Program-made: the position numbers and the translations under genes
Assembly (NCBI GenBank): GCA_041640655.1
Contig: JBEPZV010000008.1
Span: forward strand, 1-64,000
Direction of reading: 5' to 3'
From: a bacterium
GTDB taxonomy: Bacteria; Acidobacteriota; Blastocatellia; HR10
DNA length: 64,000 nucleotides
Part shown: piece by piece, positions 18,954 through 28,560 of the stretch
Layout of the letters: the number at the start of each line of letters is the position of its first letter
Position numbering within the stretch: position 1 is the first letter of the stretch
Notes under the pieces: model-generated
Told to the model about the DNA's origin: nothing
The model's database searches: none
The model's input: only the letters and a program-made list of their open reading frames with translations

Positions 18954-20777
18954 TCACCGGCGCATGCCGCCGCCAGCCGGCCGCGGCGGGCCGAATCCCA
19001 CGGGCCGACCAAATGGCGATGGCGGGCCACTCGACTGCTGCGCGGGCGCCTGCGATGTATCGCCGATGATGACCTGATCCCCCTCCTTCACCTCCCCCGT
19101 GATGACTTCCGTGTAGACCCCGTCGGTGATGCCCAGGAGGACCCGCCGCGGCTCGGGCTTCTTCTGCGCCGTGAGCACCCAGACGATGGCCGGACGGACG
19201 CGACTGGTCTCACGTGGGGCCGGGAAGCGCAGCTTCTCCGCCGGATCCCACAATTGCCCCGGCGCCAGCGTCACCGAAGAAGCCGGGCCGCGTGAGCCCA
19301 TCGGTCGAGCCGAAGCCAATGAGGCCCCTTCACCCGCGCCACGAAAGCGCTGGAAACTCTCACGAATCTTCTGCCGCTCGGCCTCGGGCAACGCGCGCAT
19401 CTTCTCCAGGAGCGCGCGCCGCTCCTCGGGCGTCAAATTCGGATCGCGCAATTGCCGGACCAAAGCCGCTGCTTCCGCCGAAAGCCCGGGGATCTCCGCC
19501 GAAGCCCGACTCGGCTCGCGCGCCACCTGAGGACGCGCGCCCGACGCCCGCTCAGAACGCCCCGGAGGCGCCGATGAAGACTCAGCTCGCTTTTCCTCAG
19601 CGGATTGAGGTGGTCGAAGCGGCGGTCCCTGCCGCAAGAGCTCCATCACCCGCTCCCGCGTGACGCCCGGCGGCACATAGCGGAGCGCCGCATTCGGCAC
19701 GCGCAAGACGTTCTCCCGCTGATCCACCGTGATGGTGATATTGGCTGTCATCCCCGGCTTGAGCTTCAGGTCGGGATTGTCCACGGCGATGATCACGCTG
19801 TACGTCACAACGTTCTGCACCGTCTGCGGGTTCAGCCGAATCTCCTGAATTCGCCCGATGAACGTGTCGTTGGGATACGCGTCCACGGTGAAGCGCACAT
19901 CCACGGCCTCGGAGATCTTCCCGATGTCCGCTTCATCCACATTCGCATGGACTTGCATCTTCGTCAGATCGTTGGCGATGACAAAGAGCGTGGGCGCTTG
20001 CAAGCTCGCCGCCACCGTCTGACCGACGTCCACATTGCGCGAGATGACGACCCCATCCACCGGCGAATAGATGTTCGTGTACTCCAGATTGACCTGAGCG
20101 CGATTGACCTCCGCGCGCGCCTGCTCGACCTGAGCCTTCGCCTGCTCCAGTTGCGCCTCGGTGGCGCGAATCTGCGCCCGCACCTGTTGCACCGCCGCGA
20201 GCGCCTGATTGTATCGAGCCCGCGCCGAATCGGCATTCGCCTTGGCGTTGTCGTATTCGTTCTGCGAGAGCACGCCGCTTTGCGCCAGCTCCGTATAGCG
20301 GCGCAGGATGAGATTGGCGTTCTCCATGGCGACGCGCGCGGCTTCCAGATTCGCCTCGGCCGCCGCCAGATTCGCCCGTTGCGTGTTCAACTCAGCTTCT
20401 ACTGTGCGCACCCGTGCTTCGGCCGCCGCCAGATTCGCCCGCGCGTTCTCCAACTGCGCCTCGAAATTGCGCGGATCAATCTTCGCCAGCAACTGCCCGC
20501 GCTTGACGACGGAGTTGAAATCCGCATAGAGGGCTTGAATCTGCCCGGAGACCTGACTCCCCACCTGAACCGTCACGACCGCTTGAACCGTCCCCGTCGC
20601 GTTCACGACGTTGCGCACGGGCCCGCGGTCGACAGGCGCGGTGAAGAACTCACTCGCGGCCGCCCGCTGTCGGAAGACCGTCAGCGAGAGAACCCCACCG
20701 ACGACGACCACGAGGGCCAGCACGAGAATCACCATCCGCTTTTTCGTCACCAACGCTTTCACTCTCTCCAACACCAT
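18954..20777 (-). CDS. MacA-like efflux periplasmic adaptor subunit
   Basis: VGSQVSG, SPVDGVV, GQTVAASLQAPTLF, LKPGMTA. Confidence 0.92.
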   Translation of the reverse strand: MVLERVKALVTKKRMVILVLALVVVVGGVLSLTVFRQRAAASEFFTAPVDRGPVRNVVNATGTVQAVVTVQVGSQVSGQIQALYADFNSVVKRGQLLAKIDPRNFEAQLENARANLAAAEARVRTVEAELNTQRANLAAAEANLEAARVAMENANLILRRYTELAQSGVLSQNEYDNAKANADSARARYNQALAAVQQVRAQIRATEAQLEQAKAQVEQARAEVNRAQVNLEYTNIYSPVDGVVISRNVDVGQTVAASLQAPTLFVIANDLTKMQVHANVDEADIGKISEAVDVRFTVDAYPNDTFIGRIQEIRLNPQTVQNVVTYSVIIAVDNPDLKLKPGMTANITITVDQRENVLRVPNAALRYVPPGVTRERVMELLRQGPPLRPPQSAEEKRAESSSAPPGRSERASGARPQVAREPSRASAEIPGLSAEAAALVRQLRDPNLTPEERRALLEKMRALPEAERQKIRESFQRFRGAGEGASLASARPMGSRGPASSVTLAPGQLWDPAEKLRFPAPRETSRVRPAIVWVLTAQKKPEPRRVLLGITDGVYTEVITGEVKEGDQVIIGDTSQAPAQQSSGPPSPFGRPVGFGPPRPAGGGMRR

Positions 20778-20781
20778 AGGT

Positions 20782-21204
20782 TCATTGCTCCTTCGGCCTA
20801 TCTCGATGATGACGCTCCCGCTCCTCATCCATGCGCCGCATCAGCTCATCAAATTTGGCCTGCTGCTCCGGCGTCAGCACGGCGCGCAATCGCTCGCGCG
20901 AGCGACGACGAATCTCTTCAAATCGCGGTCGCATCTCGCTTCGAAGTTGCAGGAATTCCTGCCGCGTCTCATCGAGAATGCGTCGCACGTGCTCGGTCTG
21001 CTCCGGAGTCAGCTCCAGCTCCTTGACGAGATACTGCAGATGCCGTTCGCGCGCGCTCTCCCCGCGCGGCGGCGGCCCCGCGGAGCTCCGCCCTCGGACA
21101 CTCTGCTGATAAAACTCCATCGCCAGGGCGCCCAGAGCCACTCCGAGCGCGAAGACGCCCAAGACCGTTAAGCGGGCTCGCCATGAGCCATTTCGAAACG
21201 TCAT
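20782..21204 (-). CDS. Spy/CpxP-like (LTxxQ) periplasmic helical protein
   Basis: TM/signal, LELTPEQ...VLTPEQQAKF repeats. Confidence 0.75.
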   Translation of the reverse strand: MTFRNGSWRARLTVLGVFALGVALGALAMEFYQQSVRGRSSAGPPPRGESARERHLQYLVKELELTPEQTEHVRRILDETRQEFLQLRSEMRPRFEEIRRRSRERLRAVLTPEQQAKFDELMRRMDEERERHHRDRPKEQ

Positions 21205-21695
21205 CTCGACTCCCGCGACTCGGCCACCAGAGCGCTCAAAACGCTATCCGGATTCAGCTCCTCCTCCCCGGCGAAGACCAAGCGCTCGGCTTCGGAGAAG
21301 TTCCGCTCCATCAGTGCCGAGATGAAATCCCGGCGCCCGCCCGGAATCTGTTGATGAACGTAAATGTTCACGCCGACCAAGAGGATGAGGACGATCATCG
21401 CCACCAGGGCGACGCTCGCCGAGAACGCTCGCACGGCTTCCCAGAAAGAGAAGACCGCGCGAGCGCGCTGCTGCCGCAGCTGCGCGCTCACACGCGCATA
21501 GAGGGAGGGGGCCGGATCAGCCGCGTCCGCTCGGGTCGCCTGCAGCAGCACGCGCTTGAGCGCCCACAAGCGCGCTTGCTCTTCGCAGCTCGGACACTGC
21601 CGGAGATGCGCCCAGATCGCCTCGCGCTCAGCGGGATCCCCGACTCCCGTCCGAGCCCACGCCCTCAGATGCCGTCGAACATCCCGGCAGGTCAT
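21201..21695 (-). CDS. Zinc-binding (ZAS/zf-HC2) transmembrane anti-sigma factor
   Basis: HLRQCPSC (HxxxCxxC) plus one TM; overlaps the sigma stop. Confidence 0.85.
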   Translation of the reverse strand: MTCRDVRRHLRAWARTGVGDPAEREAIWAHLRQCPSCEEQARLWALKRVLLQATRADAADPAPSLYARVSAQLRQQRARAVFSFWEAVRAFSASVALVAMIVLILLVGVNIYVHQQIPGGRRDFISALMERNFSEAERLVFAGEEELNPDSVLSALVAESRESR

Positions 21696-22369
21696 TTTCC
21701 CTCCGCCCTTCGGGACGGCAGCTCCTCAGCTCGCACCTTCGCCGCCGACGTGGGCCGCGCCGTCCGCAACAGGCGGCGCAACCGTTTATCCAATGCGCGA
21801 CGCGCTCGGAACAGCCGGATCTTCACCTTCGATCGGGACCAGCCCATCAGGTCGCCGATCTCGGCCGTCGAGAGCCCATCGCGCTCATACAGCAACATGA
21901 CCAAACGATCCTCGGGCGAGAGCGTGGCCAACAGCTTCTCGGCCACGGCCGCCGCGTCCTCGCTCTGCTGCTGCTGCTCGAACAGTTCGAACGCCGGTTT
22001 CGCCAACGCCTCTTCCAACCACGTCCGCTCGTCCTCGGCCAGATCCGCCAAGCTGAACTCCCGCCGCCGCTTCATCCGCCGGAGCTCATCATAGCACGCA
22101 TTCACCGCAATTTTCATCAGCCACCGTTCGAAGGAGGCTCCACGCCGATATGTGTGCAGCGCCTGATAGGCCTTCAAGAACGTCTCCTGCGTGATGTCCT
22201 CTCGCACCTCCGGCTGGCGGAAGAACCGCCCGGCCACATTGTAGACAGCCCGACCGTAGCGCTTGACCAGTACTTCGAACGCCTCCGCATCGCCCGCCAG
22301 ACTCCGCTCGACCAACTCCTCGTCGTCGGGCACAAGCTCGCTCGCCGAATTGCGCGTCTCCGCCACCAC
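21692..22369 (-). CDS. ECF RNA polymerase sigma factor
   Basis: GDAEAFEVLV, EDITQETFLKAY, WLMKIAVN, region 4 HTH VKIRLFRAR. Confidence 0.93.
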   Translation of the reverse strand: MVAETRNSASELVPDDEELVERSLAGDAEAFEVLVKRYGRAVYNVAGRFFRQPEVREDITQETFLKAYQALHTYRRGASFERWLMKIAVNACYDELRRMKRRREFSLADLAEDERTWLEEALAKPAFELFEQQQQSEDAAAVAEKLLATLSPEDRLVMLLYERDGLSTAEIGDLMGWSRSKVKIRLFRARRALDKRLRRLLRTARPTSAAKVRAEELPSRRAEGK

Positions 22370-22378
22370 GCCCTATAC

Positions 22379-22404
22379 AACTCGGCTTGTGCCATCTTGG
22401 TTCC
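22379..22404 (-). promoter_or_regulatory. Candidate autoregulatory ECF promoter GGAAC-N18-GTT
   Basis: Minus strand GGAAC caagatggcacaagccga GTT ends about 10 nt before the GTG start of the sigma gene. Confidence 0.6.
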
Positions 22405-22442
22405 CAAACCGTAGTACGTTGGGCCAAGAAGTCCCGGTTACG

Positions 22443-22464
22443 CCCCCTTCCCCCAAGAAGGGGG
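22443..22464 (-). terminator. GC hairpin after the M16 peptidase (possible terminator)
   Basis: cccccttc-ccccaa-gaaggggg; no clear U-tract. Confidence 0.4.
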
Positions 22465-22472
22465 GGGAACCC

Positions 22473-25163
22473 TCACGCCTGATATTCCCCCGCGATCACC
22501 GTGATGAGCCGCTCCGGATGGAAGTAGGTGCGAATCGCCGCGTTCACCTCGTCTGGCGTGAGCGCGCGGACGTCGTCCGGGAGGCGATCGAGATAAGAGG
22601 GTCCGAACCCGAAGACCTCGGCCAGAAGCAACTGCGCCGCAATCCCGGCGTTGGTCCCCAGCCCGACCAGAAACGATCCCACGAAGGCCGACTTCTCATC
22701 CTCCAGTTCCTGCCGTGTGATCCCTTCGGCCACATAGCGGGTGAGCACGTCCAGCGTGGACGCCACAGCGCGCTCCACGTTCTCGGGATTGACCGTCACA
22801 CTCACCGCCCACGGTCCGTCCAGGAAGCTCGGCTCAAAAAAGCGCGAGACGATGCCATAGGTGAGCCCCTCCTGATCTCGCACCCGCACGCCCAAGCGGG
22901 AGGAAAGGGTGGAATATCCGAGCGCCGCATTGGCAATGATCGCCGCGAGATAGTCCGGATCCGTGCGCCGCAGTCGCCCAGCATGCCCGAGGACGATGTC
23001 CACATTCGCCTTATCCGGCATGTAGACGACCTCGCGACGCGACGCCTCAGGTAAAGGCGCGCGCGGCATCCGCGCCCACAGTGCGCGCGGGTCCTCGCTC
23101 ACCGCCTCGGCCCGCCAATCCCCCAACTCCCGCTCAATCTGCCGCCCGATCTCCTCGGCCCTGACGTCCCCGACGACCACCAGCACCAGATGGCGCGGGC
23201 CATAATGCGCGCGATAGAAACGGCGCACCTCCTCGACCGTCATCGCCTCCAGGCTCGCTATGCGCTCAGAGGCCGGGCGCTCATAAAACGGGCTCGATCG
23301 CTCGTAGATGAGCTGCGAGAAGCGCTCGAACGCGCGCACGCTCGTGCTCTCTTGGCTCCGCCGAATCTGACCGATCATCTGTAGCGTGAGCTTCGACAGC
23401 TCCTCCTCGGGAAAGGCCGGCTCTCGCAACACCTCGGCCAACGTCCCCAGCAAGCGCCCGACATCGTGACTGAGCGAGGTCGCGCTCGCCATGACCAAGA
23501 ACCGATTCGCGCCGATATGCATCTCAGCCCCGACATCCTCAAGCCATGCGGCGATCTCCAGCTTGCTTCGCCGCTCCGTCCCACGCATCAGCATGGAGGC
23601 CGTCGCGGCCGCCACCTCTGGCCTCTCCATTGGCTCGAAGGCCCGACCCGCGAAGAGCGCCGCACGAATCTCCACCGTCGGATTCGCGTGATTCTCCAGA
23701 ACCAATGCGCGAACCCCATTGGAGAGGGAGAAGCAAACCGTGCGCTCGGCAAAGGGCCGCCCATATGGAGGGTGCGCCGGATCCTCGCCCATTGCCTCCG
23801 ACGGCATCGAGAAGAATGCCGGACGATGAAGCGAGGCGACGTCGCCCTTCGACGTCCCCCCTACGCTCCTCCCCGTATCCTTCGGGACGAACCACCCGAC
23901 CGTGAGGTTGTCCTCATGAAGATAGGTTCGAGCGACACGCTGGACGTCCTCGGCCAAGACCCGCCGCACGTTCGGGACATACTCCACGAACCAACGCCAA
24001 TCGGCGCTCGCCTCGGCCTCCCCCAAGGCGAAGGCGAAATGCAAGGCTCCATCGCGCGCGTAAAAGGTATCGGCCTCGATCTTATTCTTAGCACGCTCCA
24101 GTTCCGCCTCGTTCACCCCCTCGTCTTGCAGCCGCGCGATCTCCTCACGAATCGCCCGCTCGACCCGAGCATGTTCGACACCCGGTCGCAACAGGGCCGT
24201 GATCTCAAAAAGCCCTGGGTCCCGAAGATGCGAGGCCAACGCCCGCACACTGATGGCCAGCTCCCCATCCACAAGCCGCTGATAGAGACGCGTCGTCACT
24301 CCTCCGGCCAGAAGCCGCGCGAGCACGGCCAGCGGATAAATATCCGGGTGCCTCGCCTCCGGCGTATGATAGCCGAGCATCAGTGCACCCACCTCCCCCG
24401 CCCGCCGAATGATGAACCGGCGCTCTCCCTCCTGAGGCGGTTCCACCGTGTACACCTCGGGGATCGGATGTGGCGAAGACGGAATCACTCCGAAATACCG
24501 ATCGAGCCAACGAAACACTTGCTCCCGATCAAAATCCCCCACCACGATCGCCGTCGCATTGTTCGGCCAGTAGAAGGTGTGGTAGAACTCCCGAAGCCGC
24601 TCCGTCGGGACGTTCTCGACATCGCTCCGCCACCCGATCGTCGGATGATGATACGGATGCTCGCGAAAGGCCGTCGCCCATGTGTGAATCTCCAGGACAT
24701 TGAGTGGATCGTTCTCCCCCCGCTCCAGCTCGTTCCGCACGACAATGCGCTCCTGCTCCCGATCCTCGTCCAGAATGAGGGCATTGCGCATGCGATCGGC
24801 TTCCAGCTGCATGACCAGCTCCAGGTGCTCGCGGGGAACGGCCTCATAGTAGTTCGTCCGATCGAACCAGGTCGTCGCGTTGAAGGCAGCCCCGATCCGA
24901 TGCAATACGGTCGCAATCGCCGTCCCCCGCCGCGCATTGAACGTTGGCGTCCCTTTGAAAAGCATGTGCTCCAGAAGATGCGTCGCACCCGTATACCCGA
25001 CCGCCTCATTCCGCGATCCCACATGGTAGAGGACCATGAAGGCGACCACAGGCGCCGCTCGCTGCTCCGAGAGCAAGACCTTCATCCCATTCGACATGCG
25101 GTACTCCTCAATCCCCCCCGATTCAGCCACAAAAACCATGCCTTCCGGTAAGCGACTCACCAT
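22473..25163 (-). CDS. M16 (pitrilysin) family zinc peptidase, two-domain type
   Basis: HLLEHMLFKGT (HxxEH), NATTWFDRTNY, second half with RVRDQEGLTY. Confidence 0.93.
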   Translation of the reverse strand: MVSRLPEGMVFVAESGGIEEYRMSNGMKVLLSEQRAAPVVAFMVLYHVGSRNEAVGYTGATHLLEHMLFKGTPTFNARRGTAIATVLHRIGAAFNATTWFDRTNYYEAVPREHLELVMQLEADRMRNALILDEDREQERIVVRNELERGENDPLNVLEIHTWATAFREHPYHHPTIGWRSDVENVPTERLREFYHTFYWPNNATAIVVGDFDREQVFRWLDRYFGVIPSSPHPIPEVYTVEPPQEGERRFIIRRAGEVGALMLGYHTPEARHPDIYPLAVLARLLAGGVTTRLYQRLVDGELAISVRALASHLRDPGLFEITALLRPGVEHARVERAIREEIARLQDEGVNEAELERAKNKIEADTFYARDGALHFAFALGEAEASADWRWFVEYVPNVRRVLAEDVQRVARTYLHEDNLTVGWFVPKDTGRSVGGTSKGDVASLHRPAFFSMPSEAMGEDPAHPPYGRPFAERTVCFSLSNGVRALVLENHANPTVEIRAALFAGRAFEPMERPEVAAATASMLMRGTERRSKLEIAAWLEDVGAEMHIGANRFLVMASATSLSHDVGRLLGTLAEVLREPAFPEEELSKLTLQMIGQIRRSQESTSVRAFERFSQLIYERSSPFYERPASERIASLEAMTVEEVRRFYRAHYGPRHLVLVVVGDVRAEEIGRQIERELGDWRAEAVSEDPRALWARMPRAPLPEASRREVVYMPDKANVDIVLGHAGRLRRTDPDYLAAIIANAALGYSTLSSRLGVRVRDQEGLTYGIVSRFFEPSFLDGPWAVSVTVNPENVERAVASTLDVLTRYVAEGITRQELEDEKSAFVGSFLVGLGTNAGIAAQLLLAEVFGFGPSYLDRLPDDVRALTPDEVNAAIRTYFHPERLITVIAGEYQA

Positions 25164-25304
25164 CGGCACCTCCCCATAGTGCGGTTTAAGAGGGGAGATT
25201 ATAGGCGAGACCAAGGAAAAAACTGAAGCCCACCGCTCACGGTCTTTAACTCGACCGATGGCTCAGGGCCATGAACGGGACGTAACCATCCATTCAGCTC
25301 ACAG

Positions 25305-25334
25305 AAAAAAACCCTGAGCCGAACCGGCTCAGGG
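25305..25334 (-). terminator. Rho-independent terminator of csp
   Basis: 10-bp stem ccctgagccg/cggctcaggg, 3-nt loop, followed by T7 on the minus strand. Confidence 0.85.
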
Positions 25335-25354
25335 CCAAGGAAAGATGCGGAGCC

Positions 25355-25561
25355 TTACCTCAGCCGCTCCACGTTCTCAGCCTGCAAGCCCTTCGGCCCG
25401 CGCACGACGTCAAAGGTCACGATCTCTCCCTCCTCAAGGGATCGAAATCCCTCGGCCTTGATCGCCGTGTAGTGGACGAAGACATCGCCACCTTCCTGAC
25501 GCTCGATGAACCCATACCCTTTCTTATTGTTGAACCATTTGACGCGCCCTGTTTCTCGCAT
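25355..25561 (-). CDS. Cold-shock domain protein
   Basis: [31 protein letters not shown]. Confidence 0.97.
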   Translation of the reverse strand: MRETGRVKWFNNKKGYGFIERQEGGDVFVHYTAIKAEGFRSLEEGEIVTFDVVRGPKGLQAENVERLR

Positions 25562-25841
25562 CGCTTGCCTCTCACTCCTTTCCCAAAATTTTCCATTGCT
25601 CCCGCGGCTCCCCAACTCCCACCATGAGGCGGAACCTCACAGGGGTTTCCGGAGCCCCTCCGAAGCAACGGCCAAGAGCCTACAGAAAAACTGGCCGAAA
25701 GTCAACCGACAATCCCTTCCCAGCAGGGCGCACATGACCGCGCGCCCCCTCGTCCTCCGAATATCCTCCCGGTCTGGCCTGGAGTCGTACCTCTCGCTTC
25801 AATTCACATAGATAATCTGACGGCCACGTAAAATTTGAAGC

Positions 25842-25871
25842 TTGACTTTCTGATCAATAATAGTATACTAT
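25842..25871 (+). promoter_or_regulatory. sigma70 promoter TTGACT-N16-TATACT with a perfect 12-bp palindrome over the -10 box
   Basis: ATAGTATACTAT at 25860-25871 in an AT-rich island. Confidence 0.7.
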
Positions 25872-25926
25872 GCCTTTGTGCTCGATCATGAACTAAACGA
25901 AACTAAATAATCGAGGAGGTCAAGCA

Positions 25927-26334
25927 ATGACACCGACTTTCGCCCGGCAACCGCTTCCTGAGGAGCGGAGGATATTAGAGGAGTGGATCAAGAATCCCCC
26001 ATCGCGAGACCATTACCTCCGAGCCCGGATTGTGCTGCTTTCGGCCGATGGGCTTTCGGCACCGGATATTGCGCGGCGGATCGGGCGGCACGAGAGCCGC
26101 GTTCGGATGTGGATCCGGCAATTCAACAGATTCGGGATCGAAGGCCTTCAAGGCGGCAAACCATCTCAGGCCAAAGTCGAGAAGGCTCCGATCCACAGCA
26201 CGGGGTCTGCGAGCCCGGAGTCGGAGACTGGCGCTCCCCCGTATCGGAGCAATGGGCGTCAACGTCACCGACGGGCCTCAGAAGCTGAGCGATGGACGAT
26301 CTGCCCCATCCCCGAGCGCGCCGAAGGAGAATAA
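25927..26334 (+). CDS. Stand-alone helix-turn-helix protein (IS630-like N-terminal HTH, no DDE domain)
   Basis: RARIVLLSADG.S..DIARRIG....VRMWI.QFNR.GIEGL; SD GGAGGT upstream. Confidence 0.75.
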   Translation: MTPTFARQPLPEERRILEEWIKNPPSRDHYLRARIVLLSADGLSAPDIARRIGRHESRVRMWIRQFNRFGIEGLQGGKPSQAKVEKAPIHSTGSASPESETGAPPYRSNGRQRHRRASEAERWTICPIPERAEGE

Positions 26335-26547
26335 CAGGTCGAGAGCGGCCTCCCGACGCACCTGGAACGGGGTTGAGGCGGTCGTCTCCACCTGGTCTGG
26401 GTGGAGCGAAGGCCTTCGGCTCACTTGGAAAAACCTTGGGGATTTTTCGCCTCCTTGATATATAATCCGCGTGGTCGAAAGTCGGCGATGCCATGGGGCT
26501 TCTGCAGCGTATCGGACAGAACGCAGAAGCCCCTCAAGGAGGCGATT

Positions 26548-26895
26548 ATGAAGGGGAAAGGCAGAGGATTGACGAAGATGGAACTGGCCGAGCATTTGGC
26601 GCAAAAGTTCGAGCTGCGCAAGGCAACGGCTCGCCGGATCTTGGAAGAGCTTGAGACGCTGGCGGCCGAGCAGGTGAAGACGACGGGGATCTTCTCTCTC
26701 CCGGGGATTGGGAAGCTCATCCTCTCGCAGCGGAAGGCGCGCACAGGGCGGCATCCGAAGACGGGAGAGCCGATTGAGATCCCGGCCCGAGCTGTCTTGA
26801 AGTTCCGCATCGCGAAGACGTTGAAGACGGCCATCTTGAGCGCCTCGGGCGAACCGCGTCGAGAGGAATCGGCCGAAGCGCCGTCCTCGGCCTAG
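26548..26895 (+). CDS. HU family DNA-binding protein
   Basis: LTKMELAEHLA, LPGIGKL, RKARTGRHPKTGEPIEIPA; SD AAGGAGG. Confidence 0.93.
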   Translation: MKGKGRGLTKMELAEHLAQKFELRKATARRILEELETLAAEQVKTTGIFSLPGIGKLILSQRKARTGRHPKTGEPIEIPARAVLKFRIAKTLKTAILSASGEPRREESAEAPSSA

Positions 26896-26916
26896 CTCGG
26901 GCGCCGTGCTACTTGC

Positions 26917-26946
26917 GGTCGAGAAAGTTTTCAAACTTTTTCGACC
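26917..26946. repeat. 14-bp inverted repeat (13/14 match) between HU and DUF1800
   Basis: GGTCGAGAAAGTTT-TC-AAACTTTTTCGACC. Confidence 0.8.
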
Positions 26947-26999
26947 CGCTTCTCGTCTCTCTAAGCGAGCGTGGTGAGGTCAGGTTTGAGGAGGACGTT

Positions 27000-28550
27000 A
27001 TGCCTTTAGACGAGTATGACAAGATCGCACACCTGCTTCGTCGCGCCGGATTCACGGCCCATCCCGATGAAGTGGAAGCTGCGACGGCACGGGGTCTTCA
27101 GGCGACCGTCGAGGACTTGCTGAACTTCGAGAAGTTCCCGGATGTCCCCCCGGATCCGGAGCTCCTGGCGGCTTTGGATCTCTCTCAAGATGACTTCAAT
27201 CGGATGCGAGGGGATTTCCTGAACAAGCTGACGCGCTGGTGGCTGCATGTGATGGTGACGACGTCCAGACCCCTGCAGGAGAAGATGGTCCTCTTCTGGC
27301 ATGGGCTGTTTGCGACCTCGGTCACGGGCCTGGAGTTCTGGCAGCAGATCTATCTGCAGAACGAGAACTTCCGAGGCAATTTCGACCCGGATACGGGGCG
27401 ACTGCTGAGACCGGCGCCGGGGAATCCGTTCCCTGTGGGGAACTTCCGCCGCATGCTGGAGTATCTGAGCAAGGACCCGGCCATGCTCTATTGGCTCGAC
27501 AACCAGTTCAACGTGAAGAAGAACAGCGAGGTCGGCAGCAATGAGAACTATGCGCGTGAGCTTCATGAGTTATTCTCGATGGGTGTGGAAGACGTCGTGG
27601 CGCGAGTCCCCAACTACACCGAGCGCGACATCCGACAGGCTTCTCGTGCGCTGACGGGATGGCGCGTCCTTCCTCGTGCGGCGGGGTTCACCTTCCCTCG
27701 CGTCTTCTCCTTTGACGCTCAGCGGCATGATTTCGGCCCTTACGAACACCTGGGCAAGCGTGGTGGCACCAACGCTGACTTCATCTTCGACAACATCGTG
27801 CGCCATCGGAATCCCGGGCAGAAACAGAGCGCCGTCGGACGGTTCCTCGGCTATCGGCTCTTCACATTCTTCGGCTATGAGGATCCGGAGCCGGAGATCA
27901 TCAACGCCTTGGCCGACGTCTTCGATGGCGCCCATGGGGAGGAACCCTTCAACATCCGCAATATGCTGCGGACGATCTTCACTCCGGGCAACGTTGTCTC
28001 GGAAGCGTTCTATTCGGAGCGGGCTTTCCGCGCGCGTGTCAAGAGCCCGACCGAGTATGTGGTGAGCCTCATGCGGCTGCTCACTTTCGACCGCACCACT
28101 GGCCGTCCCGATGGGCTCCCGCCATCGTCCGCGGCGATGCGCTTGCTCCAGAACGCGATGGTCCAGATGGGGCAACAGCTCTTCGCCCCTCCGGATGTGA
28201 GCGGCTGGCGAGAGGGCCTGGCGTGGATCACCACGACCTCGGTCCTGGCGCGCTTCAACTTCGCCAACGATGTGCTCTCGCTCGGGGTCGCCCAAGGGGG
28301 GATAGATCTGGCGCGGCTCATCGCGCAAGCGGGACTGCAGGAAGCAATGCAGCAGAACCGATATGGCGAAGTCGTGGATACCCTCGCCAGGTGGCTGTGG
28401 CCGGCTCCGCCCTCGGCCGAAGCGCGCGAGGCGCTCATCGCCTATCTCCAGGCCCCGATCCCGAACGTGAACCCGAGCACCCTCGTGACCACGAAGATCC
28501 GCGGGCTGATTCACCTCATGCTCGCGGCCCCGGACTTTCAGCTCTGCTGA
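27000..28550 (+). CDS. DUF1800 domain protein
   Basis: HLLRRAGF, LQEKMVLFWHGLFATS, PAMLYWLDN, NENYARELHELFSMG, PPDVSGW. Confidence 0.9.
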   Translation: MPLDEYDKIAHLLRRAGFTAHPDEVEAATARGLQATVEDLLNFEKFPDVPPDPELLAALDLSQDDFNRMRGDFLNKLTRWWLHVMVTTSRPLQEKMVLFWHGLFATSVTGLEFWQQIYLQNENFRGNFDPDTGRLLRPAPGNPFPVGNFRRMLEYLSKDPAMLYWLDNQFNVKKNSEVGSNENYARELHELFSMGVEDVVARVPNYTERDIRQASRALTGWRVLPRAAGFTFPRVFSFDAQRHDFGPYEHLGKRGGTNADFIFDNIVRHRNPGQKQSAVGRFLGYRLFTFFGYEDPEPEIINALADVFDGAHGEEPFNIRNMLRTIFTPGNVVSEAFYSERAFRARVKSPTEYVVSLMRLLTFDRTTGRPDGLPPSSAAMRLLQNAMVQMGQQLFAPPDVSGWREGLAWITTTSVLARFNFANDVLSLGVAQGGIDLARLIAQAGLQEAMQQNRYGEVVDTLARWLWPAPPSAEAREALIAYLQAPIPNVNPSTLVTTKIRGLIHLMLAAPDFQLC

Positions 28551-28560
28551 GGAGGCCTCG

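Noticed and set aside
22383..22394. TGGCAC on the minus strand upstream of the ECF sigma as a sigma54 promoter
   Set aside because: No GC at the -12 position; the ECF-type GGAAC/GTT motif fits better.
25927..26334. Active IS630 element
   Set aside because: No DDE domain in any frame that I could find, and no terminal inverted repeats.
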